Assembly (NCBI GenBank): GCA_004022145.1
Contig: RCNU01000013.1
Origin: Paecilomyces variotii
Taxonomy: Eukaryota
Strand: one strand, 5' to 3'
Length of the DNA: 64,000 bases
Part shown: positions 27,191 to 39,490 of the stretch, one piece after another
Layout: every line of letters begins with the position of its first letter
Numbering within the stretch: position 1 is the first letter of the stretch
Notes under the pieces: model-generated
What the model was told of the DNA's origin: nothing
The model's database searches: none
Seen by the model: the letters and a program-made list of their open reading frames with translations, nothing else
Program-made: the position numbers and the translations under genes

Positions 27191-29396
27191 TTAAATCGAC
27201 AAGGACGGGTTATCCAGCTCCGACAATAGAGTATCCCAATCAAAAAGATTAGACGGGTCCACGCTCGTATCAAATGTTTGCCAGAAATCATCGAAAAAGG
27301 GCACGTTCGGCTCCATGGACGTGCTCTCCATGTCAGTCTCAGTTAAAGCAATCTGCGACGTGGAGGGTTCTGCGTGAGACTGTCGAATAACATTGCTCGA
27401 TTGGGTTTCTGAACTTCTGTCGGTGTTTGCCTTGTTTCGTCGAAGAATAGAGTAAAAAGACTCGAGGAGTCTTCCTGCAAATGGTGACTGGTCCTTGGCT
27501 TCTTCTAGAATGCCAAATGCATTGAAGATCTCAGTTCGGCGCTCTCTGTCGTCCTCTGTCCAGAGGGTCTTATTCAGACAAAGATCCATCAAGAGAACAA
27601 TGATGGCCATGCACACGCAGTGGATGACGGCGGAGAATTTAAGTCGTACTAGAACGAAAGGAAACTTCTCTGAGGAAAGTTGTTCTTCTGTGCGGATAAC
27701 CATGCGTGCCGCCTCGAGACATGCGTCTCTGGAGTAACGATACATGGGCTCTGATGATGCCCGAGACAAGTATGGCAAGTGTAACCTGACACGTTGCGTA
27801 TAGAGTAAGGTGTTGGCAATGTATCGTTGAATGACTATCCCGGGAGATTTGCGCGGGTCGGTATCCGGAAGTTGGTACGGTTTATAATCCAGGGAGAAGA
27901 ATGGCGGCATCGCCTGGGCGCATTCGCAGATTCTTTTATCGATCTTTTTTATCTGTCGATAATCTGGATCCCCGGGCCCGATTTCTAGAAAGGGGATACT
28001 GTCACTGATTTCTCGACAGATCTCCCCTAGTCGGATCCGGTGGAGACAGTATGACATAGATGTTGGTTGATCAAAAGGTTTACTGACATCGGTCATGCCA
28101 TCGAACAGATCTTCATCGTTTGCATTGGCAGGTTTGGCGGTAGCCATTTGGCGAGGATTGATCATGTAGGTGCCCTTCTGTAGACCTGCGACTTGGGATA
28201 TTTGCCTTTGAACTCCCTAAGTAAAGAAGGAACGGCATTATAGGCTTCAATGGGAACATACCAGTCTGTTGAGACTAGATACCACCATACTCTTCTGGAT
28301 ATTTCCGCACGCACCGAATCTGACGGGGGAAGATCGAGCTCTGCATTATTTGGATGATCTATTCGGTGCAGAGACAGCTGCCATGCCATTGAAGTGGCTG
28401 TACCGAAAAGATATCGAGCCTGCGAGGTGATTCCCACAATGTTACAGACCAAGAAGCTAATAATTATCAGTGCTTGGATATCCTCAAGAGACTCCGAATT
28501 CGTAAAGCGGGAGTATTCCAGGATTTCAAGAGTAATATTCATCCAAGTCTTGGATTGTACGTCTGCCTCTGCGAGAGAGGAGAATACTGACTTGTCCATA
28601 TCCCGCTCTGTCCAGAAGAATGCAGTACTAGCCAGCATCGCCAGGAGCAAGGACATTTGTCCCAGTTTTATGGGTTTTTTCATGCTCAGATCCCGATATA
28701 GATCATCCACAAGCGCGCGGACGGAGGGAATGTGGACAACATGATGGTGATAAGTGATCTCAGTAAGATACTTTTCAACTATCTGCTTCGACTCCTCATA
28801 GAGTGGAAGCCAGATATATCTTGTTGAGTTTTTCTCCAAAGGGCTGGTGTTCCTCGTGGATGGTGAGGATATGGCGTCTCTGATGGCGCATGTTTTGAAC
28901 TCTAGCATGTACAGCTCAGTGAATTTGTTGACAATTATGGGTTCTATTTCTTACCATACTCCGCAACGCATAGCCCTACGGCGGAGCCTGGATGTGATAT
29001 CTGGGATTCAAGCCAGTCCACATCAACGACAGAAGACCTTCCTGTCAATGATGCAGTCAAGTCGCCTTTGCCTCGAGGTCGGGGAGGTCCTGGCCGCGAA
29101 CCTGTCTGAGGCGGGGGAGTACGGGGATGTCCACCCTGTCCTATCACAATACTCTCGAGCCTGCGCAAACGAGCCAATACATTCTCCTGGAATGGTTCGG
29201 AAGGGGGGTCGGCAGCTTCGTCTATACTGCTGACGGATAGAGTTGAAGGCCCTTCTATTTGGCAAGAAATCCCGCGACTGGTGCAATTGGCACAAGGAAA
29301 CTGTCGGCTGCACCTTAACTTGCGCGATCGGCAGGACTGGCACGAAACAGGACGCGAGCGAGAGGATCGTGTGCGATTCTTTTCGACGCGACCCAT
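27191..29396 (-). CDS. Zn(II)2Cys6 transcription factor with fungal TF middle domain
   Basis: CQSCRSRKLRCSRQFPCANCTSRGISC binuclear cluster; HHVVHIP, LHRID, EISRRVWWYL motifs. Confidence 0.92.
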
Positions 29397-29581
29397 GCTG
29401 ATTACCAGGGACTGTGTTGCGTAAGACTCCAAGTTGTTACATCACGATTGGGAATAGAATGGTGATGGCTTTCTGTCAGTCGACCAAAAAGGAGAACTCC
29501 TAAGTTAGTTGCTCTACTTGGATCTTCAACAGATGGTGAAATGGGAGTAAGCCGATGTCGACCAATGACAGGGCGTTTTGG

Positions 29582-29600
29582 TCCGCGGAATCTCCGCGGA
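29582..29600. promoter_or_regulatory. Two palindromic TCCGCGGA sites, putative Zn2Cys6 binding sites in a divergent promoter
   Basis: TCCGCGGA at 29582-29589 and 29593-29600, between the TF ATG (29396) and the OMT ATG (29731). Confidence 0.6.
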
Positions 29601-29730
29601 GTATCTCTGGCTGGCAGCAACTATAAAGAAACAAGCCATTCAAGCTGAATCAAATGATATTCTTCACCAGCAGCAACAGGAAGCACTTTTTCGCTCTTAG
29701 CAATCATCCTGTCTAAATTCGCATTTCAAA

Positions 29731-31144
29731 ATGGACTCAATCGTCTCCCAAATCCGCACTATGGCCAAGGATGCCGACGAAGTTGGCCTGCTTCAGATCC
29801 AGAAGGCTCTACGAGATATTCAGACGGAGATCCAGAGCCCGAAGGATATTTTGATTGAATTTGCAAACGCTGTTGGTTTATTCGACTTCAAAAAATGTCT
29901 CTCCTGATATTAATCCACGCTAGAATCTCATGCTTGGAACGAATCGTCTTGCAGCAGATCTCAAGCTCTTCCACCATCTCGCGTCTCATAACGGCTCTTT
30001 GACTGTTGCTCGGCTCGCAGATATGACCGGTGCATCCTCCCAGCTTCTAGGTGAGCTATTGGTTCTATATTCTCTTCGAGAGTGTAATGTGGCTAAATGT
30101 ATTGTTTTTAAATAGAGAGATTGCTCCGCTATCTGGCTTCGATCAACGTTATCAAAGAAGTCGGAGTCGATGAATACCAAGCAAACACCACGACGAAGAC
30201 TCTTGCTGATCCCAAAGGAGAGGCTATGGTATATCATATGTAAGTAGCTCTTCTTGAAGCATACTCCATTTGTTTGGCCTGCGCAGTTGACCAAGTCACA
30301 ATCTAGGTTTGATGCCCATGCGCCCTCTGTGCTGGCAATGCCAGATTTCTTTGCAGAAAACGGATACCAAGACATTGAGAGCATCATCAACACTCCGTTT
30401 CAGAAGGCCCATAATACGACGCTGAGTTGCTTTGACTGGTTCGTTCAGAACCCGAAACAGTTTGAATCCATGCAGAAAGTTATGGCCGCTTTTGAGAGTG
30501 CTGACTGGACCGTTGGATTTGACCTCTTTGGATCCGAGGCAAAGAAGGTGTCTCCAACATCTCCTCAGCCATCGGAGAAGCCCTTTTTCGTGGATGTTGG
30601 AGGTGGTCATGGGCATCAATGCATTCAGCTGGGAAAGAGATACCCCAATCTCCTTGGACGTCTCGTCCTTCAGGATCTACCTGCAGCAATCAATGAACTC
30701 TCTCCTATGGAGGGAGTCAAGGCTGAGGCTCATAACTTCTTCGAGAAGCAGCCTGTTGCTGGTTAGTGTTCCCGTCTCTTCTTTGCTCGACCCTGGAAGA
30801 AAATAAAACTGATCTTCGACACACCGGTAGGTGCCAAATTCTACTACCTGCGACGTGTGCTACACGATTGGCCCGACAAAGAATGCGTAAAGATTCTCCA
30901 GAACATAGTCGACGCCATGTCTGCCGATTCTCGCATTCTGATCGATGAAGTGGTCTTGCCGGACACGGGTGCCCACTGGCAGGCAACCATGGCAGATATC
31001 ACCATGATGATCAATCTCGGTGGAAAAGAACGGACTGGTCGTCAGTGGAAGTCAGTGGCCGATAGTGCCGGCTTGCGCGTTGAAGAGATTCACACCTATG
31101 TCTCGTCTAGCTACATGTCGATTGTTGTTCTGGCTCTGAAATAG
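29731..31144 (+). CDS. O-methyltransferase (Methyltransf_2, OmtB/COMT-like), 5 exons
   Basis: FVDVGGGHG SAM motif, LVLQDLP, AHNFF, YYLRRVLHDWPD, ILIDE, GGKERT. Confidence 0.93.
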
Positions 31145-31647
31145 TGAATAGAGTTAGAGGCCATAGACGTTCTAATAAAATCTCCGCTAAATTCAATTAC
31201 TTTTTGTTCTTCCTACTACGGTAGACTACTCGACTATTTACAATTGCTGCTCACTCACCAGCCACAAAGCCAGCTTCCCGGGGCGGCACCAGCCACAGTT
31301 GGCCGGTAATTAATCTCCAGACTTCCCCCATCACTTTTGGCTCGATTGTCCCCCGTCATCTCCATTCCATTCTTCCTTTCTCCTTTCTCATCATCTGAAC
31401 GAGCGGAAGGTCGCCTCTTTCGTGGTTGACCCCTCAGTTCCCCCTCAGTTCGCAGCCAGATCGTCGTCTTCCCGCGCCGGTCTGCGATCTCACTCTTCCC
31501 TCAATCAGTATCGGATCCGCCATTAACACTCGGTACTACTGATGGATCGTTCACTGCTGCTGTGGCCCGAAGACTTCCAGCCAGCCATAGCTATCTGACG
31601 GCGAGGTCAACTGCGGGGTCGCGGGCGCACGAGCGTTGGTTCTGAGC

Positions 31648-34619
31648 ATGGCGTCTGCGTTTCAAAATGCGTGGCAGTGAGTATAAGCCGCAATAACTTT
31701 TTTTGTTGGGCTACGACGGTCCGACGACGATATGAAATCCACGAGCTGATCCCATCGGGTCATTACCAGGACTGCGCTCCACTCGGAAAAGGAGCTTCTG
31801 AAAGCTCTGGCAGAGAAAGAGCCTACCTTTGCTGAGATCACACATTTTCTCTCCGAGTCAGTGGTCTATTATCTCCCCGCAATTCCGCTCTGGGTCGTAT
31901 GTGGTCTGACCGACGCAGATTCCGAGCTTCTTGCCAGAATGCGATTTTTCGAGACTTTGAGGCCGCCCGTTCCGCCAACGTAGAGGGTCATCTGTGGGAT
32001 GCGCATGTTAAGATCAATAACCGGTTTCGCAAGCTGCTTGCTCGTGTGAGTTTAACGCGATCCGTCGAAGTATGTCGATGAGTGCGTCTTTCTGATGTAT
32101 GCCCAGTTCCGCGAAGAGAACGGCAAGAAGAAACCAGTTGAGAAGCGCAAGCTCGAGAAACACTATCTCGACTTTATCAAATCCAGTCAGCGATTCTATC
32201 GAGGTTACATACAACGTCTAGCGTCGCACTACGGGGGTGTACCGGAATTGGAGAAGATCGCGCAGAAATTCAGCTTTGACCGTAAGGATATATCCATCGC
32301 AGCGTTGGGGCCTGGTAACCAGTCTAAATATCTTTCACTAGAACTCTCGGCTCAGTCCCCTGTGCAGCCGGATAACAATCTCCGCAAGCGCGTTCTTCAT
32401 TCCTGCCATGCAACCCTCATCCGTCTGGGGGATCTCTCTCGCTACCGTGAAACCGAACTTGTGACCAAAGGGCGGAACTGGGGTCCTGCAATCGGCTACT
32501 ATGATTTAGCAGGCGTCATCAACCCGGCCTCTGGGGCCTCGCACAACCAGTTAGCCGTTATTGCCCTTGCTGATGGCAATCATCTCCGAGCTATGTACCA
32601 TCTCTATAGAGCTTTGTCCGCACCGGAACCTTATCCTACCTCTAAGGGAAACTTGGAAATCGAATTCAGGAAAATCATGAACGCCTGGGCCAAGAGAGAA
32701 TTGATTCCACCAGAAGATGCGGGTGTTCCAGGAAAGGCCTTGACTCCTTGGTTTGTGTACCTCCATGCGCAGTGCTATAAGGGAAAGGATTTTCCGGAAC
32801 ACGATGAGCTGGAAAATGAAGTATTGAGTCAGCTTGCTGTTGATCTGAAGGAACGCTCCCTCGAGGGCACTCTACAGAAGTTTTGTTTGGTCAATATCGC
32901 CGCGGAATATTTCGCGACAGTGAGATCGAAGGGTATGAATCCTAGTTGCACGTATCCTCCTAGTTGCACGTATCTTGGTCTAATTGCTGATTACCCTCAG
33001 AGGAACAAACACACTTTGCTCGATTGTTCTTCCAGCGTATCAATGTGAAGACTTTCTTTACTCTCCTTCAAATTTTGCTGGCTGAACTGGAACGATTCGC
33101 CGAAGATCCTGATAAGACCGGTTCTGACAAAGTAACTGTCGTTGGCCGACGTGTTCTTCCCGCCCTTCGTCATTATAGTGCCTGGCTACTTTCCAATAGC
33201 GATATGCTAGTGGCCGAAAAGGAGGAATCACCGCTGTTTGTTCAGATAAAGGAATTCTGGAAGATATACGCCAACACGTTAACCCTTCTTGCGTCGACAT
33301 TCGACCTGATAAACCTGCCGGAAGTCGATTATCTCCTTGAGGAGGATGAGGAAACTCTTGGTTTCAAGCCATTGGACAATGAATTCACGAGTCGTAGGTA
33401 TCTCGACGCAAACTGTCAGCAAAAGCCACGCATGGCCGATCCGGGGATTGAGAGAAACCATCCCAACATCGAAATGCTCTATCGCATTAGAGAATTTGTT
33501 ATTGACGGCCTTGACCTCGTGGTTAGCGGTGTATGTCTCAGAGGAACTCCAGTTATGACTGTATAGCACCAGCTAATTACATAGCAGAGAATTCCCGTGG
33601 CCTTGGTCGACGAGAAGGACAAGAAGACATTCATCTATCAGGAGGAGGGGTTGCCCTCCCAGTTCTTTGCAGCACCACCAACTCATCAGCACACCCTGTC
33701 GTCCACCAGTATTGAGCGGGAGGATATCCAAAAGGCGAAGCAAGACCCTGCCTACGTTGCGGAAACCAGAAGTGTTTTTGGAGGCTCGCAGTCAGCTTCG
33801 GCATCGGTCCTGGCAAATATGCACTGCATAGTCGAAGGGGTAGAGCGGTTGGTCGAATCGGACACCTATGAGAACCCACCAGTGGTCGACGAATTGCCAG
33901 CCTTCCTTGGTGGCAGCCCCCCAACTCCTCCTGGTCACACTTTCGAAGTTGATTCAGTATCGCCATTTCCCGAGGACAGAGATACTGTGCCCCGAGTGAC
34001 TATGCCACCTCCTGGGCTAGGTCCGCCTAACGCCCATAACGCGACATCTTTGTCTCTCTCTCAATCTTACACCCCAGGCCCACCGCTACCGAGCATCTGG
34101 AACTCTGCATTCGCCCCCAGACCCGGTGAGGCTCGATCACCACAGCCCCGTCCGGCGACTGCCCGCCAACTCAGTCCTCCTGGACTCAGCCAGCAACCGT
34201 CACAGTCGCCGATGGCTACTGGTGATGGTTTCAGTATTCCATCACAGGAAACGACCGCGAGTGATATCGCATTCCGGAACAACCTGCTATTACAGCGCCA
34301 GGATTTCTTCAATTCGTCACCCAGGTCTTCCCCCTTCCAATCAAGCTGGACGCCTCCGAATCCTGCTGTCTTCCAAGCCCGCACAGCGACTGCAGCCTGG
34401 GGTCAAGAGATCCCCGCAGGTGGACAATACTACGACTCGAACTTCCACCCGCGACAAGTATCTAGCAGTCTTGGGAGTGCCTCTTGGGCGAACAATGCTT
34501 TCATTGCAAGCAGTCTTCCGTCTTCGAACTGCCCCAATTCCACCTTGAGTGGTGGCCGCAAGTCTACAACACAGCTCGGCGCCATTGGCCAGACACCCCC
34601 GTGCGGACAAGGTGGTTGA
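31648..34619 (+). CDS. Est1/Ebs1/SMG7-like helical protein (telomerase/NMD-associated)
   Basis: EST1 domain motifs LIRLGDLSRYRE, AIGYYDLA, GASHNQLAVIA, YHLYRAL, LEED; Pro/Ser-rich C-terminus; no PIN domain seen. Confidence 0.88.
32940..32974. repeat. Tandem duplication of TCCTAGTTGCACGTATC (18-bp period) in an Est1-like intron
   Basis: Copies at 32940-32956 and 32958-32974. Confidence 0.9.
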
Positions 34620-35642
34620 TCAACAAGGACGCGATCTACGCAGAATCGGCAAGTGAGATCTGACCAAAGAGGATGATATCAACCTTGTTCCTCACGGGTT
34701 CACGGGAGTCCTCTATGACCGATGTACCCTAAAACGCATCGCTAGCAGATTGGACCTCATCAAAGAGCAAGGCAGCGCAACGAAAGTCAAGGCATCAGGT
34801 AGCATGAGCTATCTTGCTGTCTTAAAACAGATAGCACTTTCCACCTGCGTCCTTTGGGCCAAATTGGACGGTTATCCTGAACATCAGTTGGGTTCCCTGC
34901 ATCACCGACACTGAGGAGAGCATTACATGATTGCATCGACCCCCGCGGGACACTCACAAGTTAGGAGGGAAACAGTCCCATCTTGACATATCATGCACTT
35001 GCTCGTCTTGATGATAGCTTAGGGAGGGCGCCCATTTTGATTCGGTCTTGCCGATTTTCTACCGCCCGGGAGAAGAGAAGCAAGCAGTGTACTAGCTTAG
35101 AAATAATCCAATTTATTCGACAAGCGCATTGTCTCCGTGTCCCTCCGAATCCCGAATTCTAGTTCAACCAATGAATCATAGCTCTTTTTTTTTTGTGTTA
35201 CACATCATGTCCTATACGAAATTCTTAAATTAAGAAATATAGCTAACATGAAATAAATTCATCCATTTCATAAATTTCTTTTTCTAGGAGTAAGAGAGAT
35301 TCTTTTTAAATCGTTGTTGAAAACGTTTCCTGGTCCTCTATCATGATATCATTTCTCCCCGCCGAGGAACGATGAATTGATGGCGAAAAATGCGAAAAAA
35401 TGCAACAAACCTTTCACTGGAGCGCAGGATTCGTTGCGTGGAAGATGTCAGATCTCTTCTTTTCTCTTTACACGGTTGACGGTTGATGATTGGAGGGGAA
35501 GGAAACTAGAGCGGGTATATGGGTTGAATCATCAGGTTGAATTGAATTTGGTTGTGGAATGTTTCGCAGGTAGGAAGAGGGAAGATGGGAGTGATGATCC
35601 AATGGTCGGATCATGGACATGGATGCAGAAAATGCGATTTCT

Positions 35643-37102
35643 CTACTGCTTAGAAGGGACGTAGGTCTGCTTGGGGAAGGGGAACCTGCGTTAGGATAAC
35701 AGGTAAGCCAATGTTCGAATGAATGTCGAGAAAAATCGATCCTTAGGTGACTTACGAGGGTCCCAATTCCTGGATGCTCAGACTGGCCAGCCACTGGCCG
35801 ATGTCGATGCTCTCCTCGAGAGACTTGCCCTCGACGATACCGGCAACGAAACCACCAGCAAAGGCATCACTAGAAGATGCAGTCAGTACCAAAGTACGGT
35901 ATATTGCTGTCTGAATTGTAACAGTCGACTTACCCGGCACCGTTAGTGTCGTTGATCTTGTCCTTCGGGATCGCGCGCACACTGAACTGCTTAACCTCGA
36001 TCTCACCGTTCTCCTTGGCAACGGCAGCGACCGTGGGTAGTGTGCCCTGGGTGACGATAGCAACACGAGGGCGGTTGGTGTTCTTCTTTGGCAGGGTAGC
36101 GAGCTTCTTGGCGATCTCGACAATGTCGGTGATACCCCAGCCGTGAGACTCAGCATAGGCGAGAGCCTCCGTCTCATTGCCAATGAGGTAGTCGGTGTAG
36201 GGAACAACGCTGTCAAGCTGGTCCTTGAAGAACTGGGGGATGAACGGAGCGGAGAGGGAGAGTATGAACGTCTATGTGTTTAGTAGTTAGCATTGCGATT
36301 TCAATGCTCTGCAACTCTCATGTGGTCACGTACCTTGTTCTTGGCAGCTGCCTCTTCAGCAAGGGCCAGGATAGCAGGCACACAGACAGTCAGATGGAAT
36401 CCACCGACATAGTAGACCTTGGCCTTCTCAACCAGGGACCAGATGTGCGGCTGCTTCAGGTGGTCAAGCTTGTACTCGTTGGCCGCAGCAAGGTGGGTGA
36501 CCAAGCTACGGTTGTGGCCAGTGATGATCGCACCGCACTTTCCAGTAGGCTGGGTGTCGTCGACACGGTATTCAGTGTGGACACCAGCCTGCTTGCAGGC
36601 GTCTCTGAGGATGTCGGCGTACTTGTCGCGGCCAACACAGCCGATGTAAAGGACGGAGTTCTCAGGAAGGACGTACTAGCCAAATGCAAGCATTAGCTTC
36701 GATGATTCAGACCGCAAATGATCAAGATGTATGCTCGCAGGGCAATATATACCTGAGCTCCACGGGCAGTGTTCTGAGCGGCACCACCAGCGATCAGCTT
36801 AGCATCGTAGTTCTGGAGAAGGTCCTCATAGAGACCCATGTGCTTTTCCTCCGCGAGGATGGCATCGTTTGCCTTCACATCATACTTCTTCAGGAGAGCT
36901 TCGTCACTATCGAAATCCGTCAGTGAGAATTGCTCATGTCAATTCAAGATCGAAGAAAAGTGAACATACCCCACGGCCTGGATGTCTTCATTCGGAAAAT
37001 CATAGTTAGCCGACAGTACCACATCTAAGGGCTCATAAGGGTCCAATTACCCAGGAGGGGGTTCTCCAAACACAGAAGAGGGTATCCTTCAGGGGCAGCC
37101 AT
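35643..37102 (-). CDS. ADO1: Adenosine kinase (PfkB family), multi-exon
   Basis: LCLENPLLDI, AGGAAQNTARGAQ, TGKCGAII, SLSAPFIPQFF, GNETEA, VTQGT, DTNGAGDAFAGGF; ends FPFPKQTYVPSKQ*. Confidence 0.95.
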
Positions 37103-37383
37103 TTCTCCTAATTTTAAAGAGTGCTTTTGTAGACTGTGATGGTGAGAATTGGCGGGGTGAGAATTAAAGAGGGGAGCGGGCGGTGGGGATCTCTACTTAA
37201 CTTAAGTACTGAGGTCACATAAGCATCCCGGCAGTTGCTGATATCCTCTCCGCCGACTACCTTGCGAGCTTCACCTGAGCTGGTCCTCGACTGTCAACAA
37301 CTCACACAAAAACTTTTCGATTTAATTATTTCCGGGTTTCTAAGTGCAATCGCCCAGAAGAGATACATTCACACATAGCCGCA

Positions 37384-38108
37384 ATGTCAAATCCAGCCAT
37401 CGAGATCGCGGAGACGATCCAAACCGCCTCCATCAAGCACGACCCATCACCGACACACGATATCAATCCGCCAACTGCAGCATCAGAAAGGATACCGATC
37501 GCCAGAGCTCCCTCTGAAGCTGGAAGTATACCCTCAGATATTGTTGATCCCAGCCGGGTGATCAGGCCGTTGACGCGACGGCATCACTTGCCTCCGCTGC
37601 CGGACTTGCGGTTCGAGCAGAGCTATCTGGCCAGCCTTAGGGGCGCAGACACCTGGGGACGAATTGCATGGATTACGATCAGGGATCAGGTATGCATACA
37701 TTATTTGTCTGAATTGATTGAGGGGAGGGCTCCAACTGACGTTCTCTGCGTGTATGGCAGGTCATCCTCCCCTTGATGCAGGGCACCCTCTGGACACTAG
37801 CTTTGGCCGGATGGCGACACTGGAACCGCGGTGCCTCCCTGCAGGGGCACACGCTTGGAAGTAGGCTTCGCAGATGGTGGTACGAAGTCAATAACTGGGA
37901 ACTGCCGCGCCCGCGCAATGTCTTGAGGGACCGTAAGCTTGCCGGTCAGGTACAAGACGTGAGTCTTTCCCTCCGTCGCTATCGGGAGGAGTGTGGATTC
38001 GGGATTTGAAAAGAATTCCAATAAAATGTTTTATATGGGGATCTCTAACGTTCTCTAATCTACTGGCAGTACTATGTGAGCCAATTCTCGAATGCTACCA
38101 TGGACTGA
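37384..38108 (+). CDS. DUF1770-family fungal protein, 3 exons
   Basis: LPPLPDLRFEQSYL and ITIRDQVILPLMQGTLW motifs; family assigned from recall, not a search. Confidence 0.8.
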
Positions 38109-39048
38109 ACCGTTCACCGGATACCCGTGCAATCAAGGCCCTCGGGCCATTAAACTGGGAAAGAGCTTTTAGATATCTGTTTTGCATGTTCGGAGTTGGT
38201 GGCGCGATATTTTGCGAATTTCATAAATATCATTCTTTAAGAATACGGTGGAAAGCGAAATCCGATCTATCATGAAACTCCTTTCTTATACGGATTCCTA
38301 TACGTCATCGTTGATTATATCTATCTTCGCAATGATGGATCGGGCGTATCTGGTTCAAGATAGAGAAGGACACAATATAAAATCGGATTCGCTTCGTTAA
38401 ATGAATTTCCTATAACGGAACTCAGAAAAACTACTGACTGCTGAAAGGTCATCACATGTAAGAGATACAAGACATACCGAGTTCATTCCCACTTGCAGTC
38501 GGTTCCAAGTCAGATAGAGGCGAAGCTACTCGCTGCCAGAATGGTAGAATCATTGGTTCATGATAGACAACCCCTCCTTATTCTGCTATTGAACTTACTA
38601 TATCTCCAGGATCTAGATATTGTGCATGTATAAAGATAAAAATCGCGTTCGAATCCCTCCGCTGTCTACATTTAGACAAGCCAAAAAGTTACCTACATAG
38701 CATACTCTGCTACAGGTTCGATATACCATTTGGTAACTTAACAAGGCAATAGATCTAAATGTTCGAGACTTATCTTTTTTTTTTTTCTTTTTTTCCCTTC
38801 CTTCTCTATTTTCCTAGTCCACTGCATAACAATAATCCTGCTATTTCTACTGGTCTCAAGATCCATGTAATGCCGCAAAAGAGGCTCCCACAGACAATAA
38901 TAACCTACAATATACATACATTGTAGCACAGATTCAAACCTAATTCTTGCATTTATATTGTCTATAAATAAATGCTAGGGAAGAAAACATTTATTAACTC
39001 CATTGTTTTATTTCAAGAATTAAACCTGATACACGAAAAGGATTCTGC

Positions 39049-39081
39049 CAAAAAAAAAAAAAGAAAAAAGAAAAAAAGAAA
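39049..39081 (-). terminator. Pol III oligo-T terminator of the tRNA gene
   Basis: Several T runs on the minus strand begin within a few nt of the discriminator base. Confidence 0.75.
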
Positions 39082-39083
39082 TG

Positions 39084-39217
39084 TGGCGCTACCCGGATTC
39101 GCACCGGGGCTGACACGGAAGTTGGTTTAACAGTCTCCTTTTCCAAAGGCCAAGAAGCCAATGGATTTGTTAACTGTGCATCCACAACGTGGCGTCCTGC
39201 TCCTAGACCATAGCACC
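39084..39217 (-). tRNA. Atypical tRNA with GUG (His) anticodon and a 63-nt intron (39119-39181)
   Basis: Cloverleaf: acceptor GGTGCTA/TAGCGCC plus A73, D arm GTCT-AGGAGCA-GGAC, anticodon arm CCACG-TT-GTG-G[intron]C-CGTGT, T arm CCCGG-TGCGAAT-CCGGG. Intron at the canonical 37/38 position; T-run terminator follows. Confidence 0.85.
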
Positions 39218-39490
39218 GATTTGATTGGTGGAGACTTCCTCTTAAAGAATTATGAAGAGCACGTTTCAAAAATACGGCTCACCAAGGAGAAGCGTGCAAT
39301 TAACATCAAGACATCGTTCATTGAAGAAGTGTACGGTCAAGGAAATATTGTCGATTAGCTTTTATCGATACCTCTCCCCATTCTATCTAGCAATAGCCTG
39401 TTCTTCTACTCGAAGACTCTGTAATTGTTTCTTAACGAATCTCCTAACAAAGTTACTCCTCGCCACCAGAACGCCTGCTCCCATGGTCTT

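Noticed and set aside
35643-35654. ADO1 C-terminal SKQ as a cryptic peroxisomal PTS1; TGA-CTA readthrough contexts at gene ends
   Set aside because: SKQ lacks the terminal Leu/Met of canonical PTS1, and none of the stop codons I checked has the TGA-CTA context.
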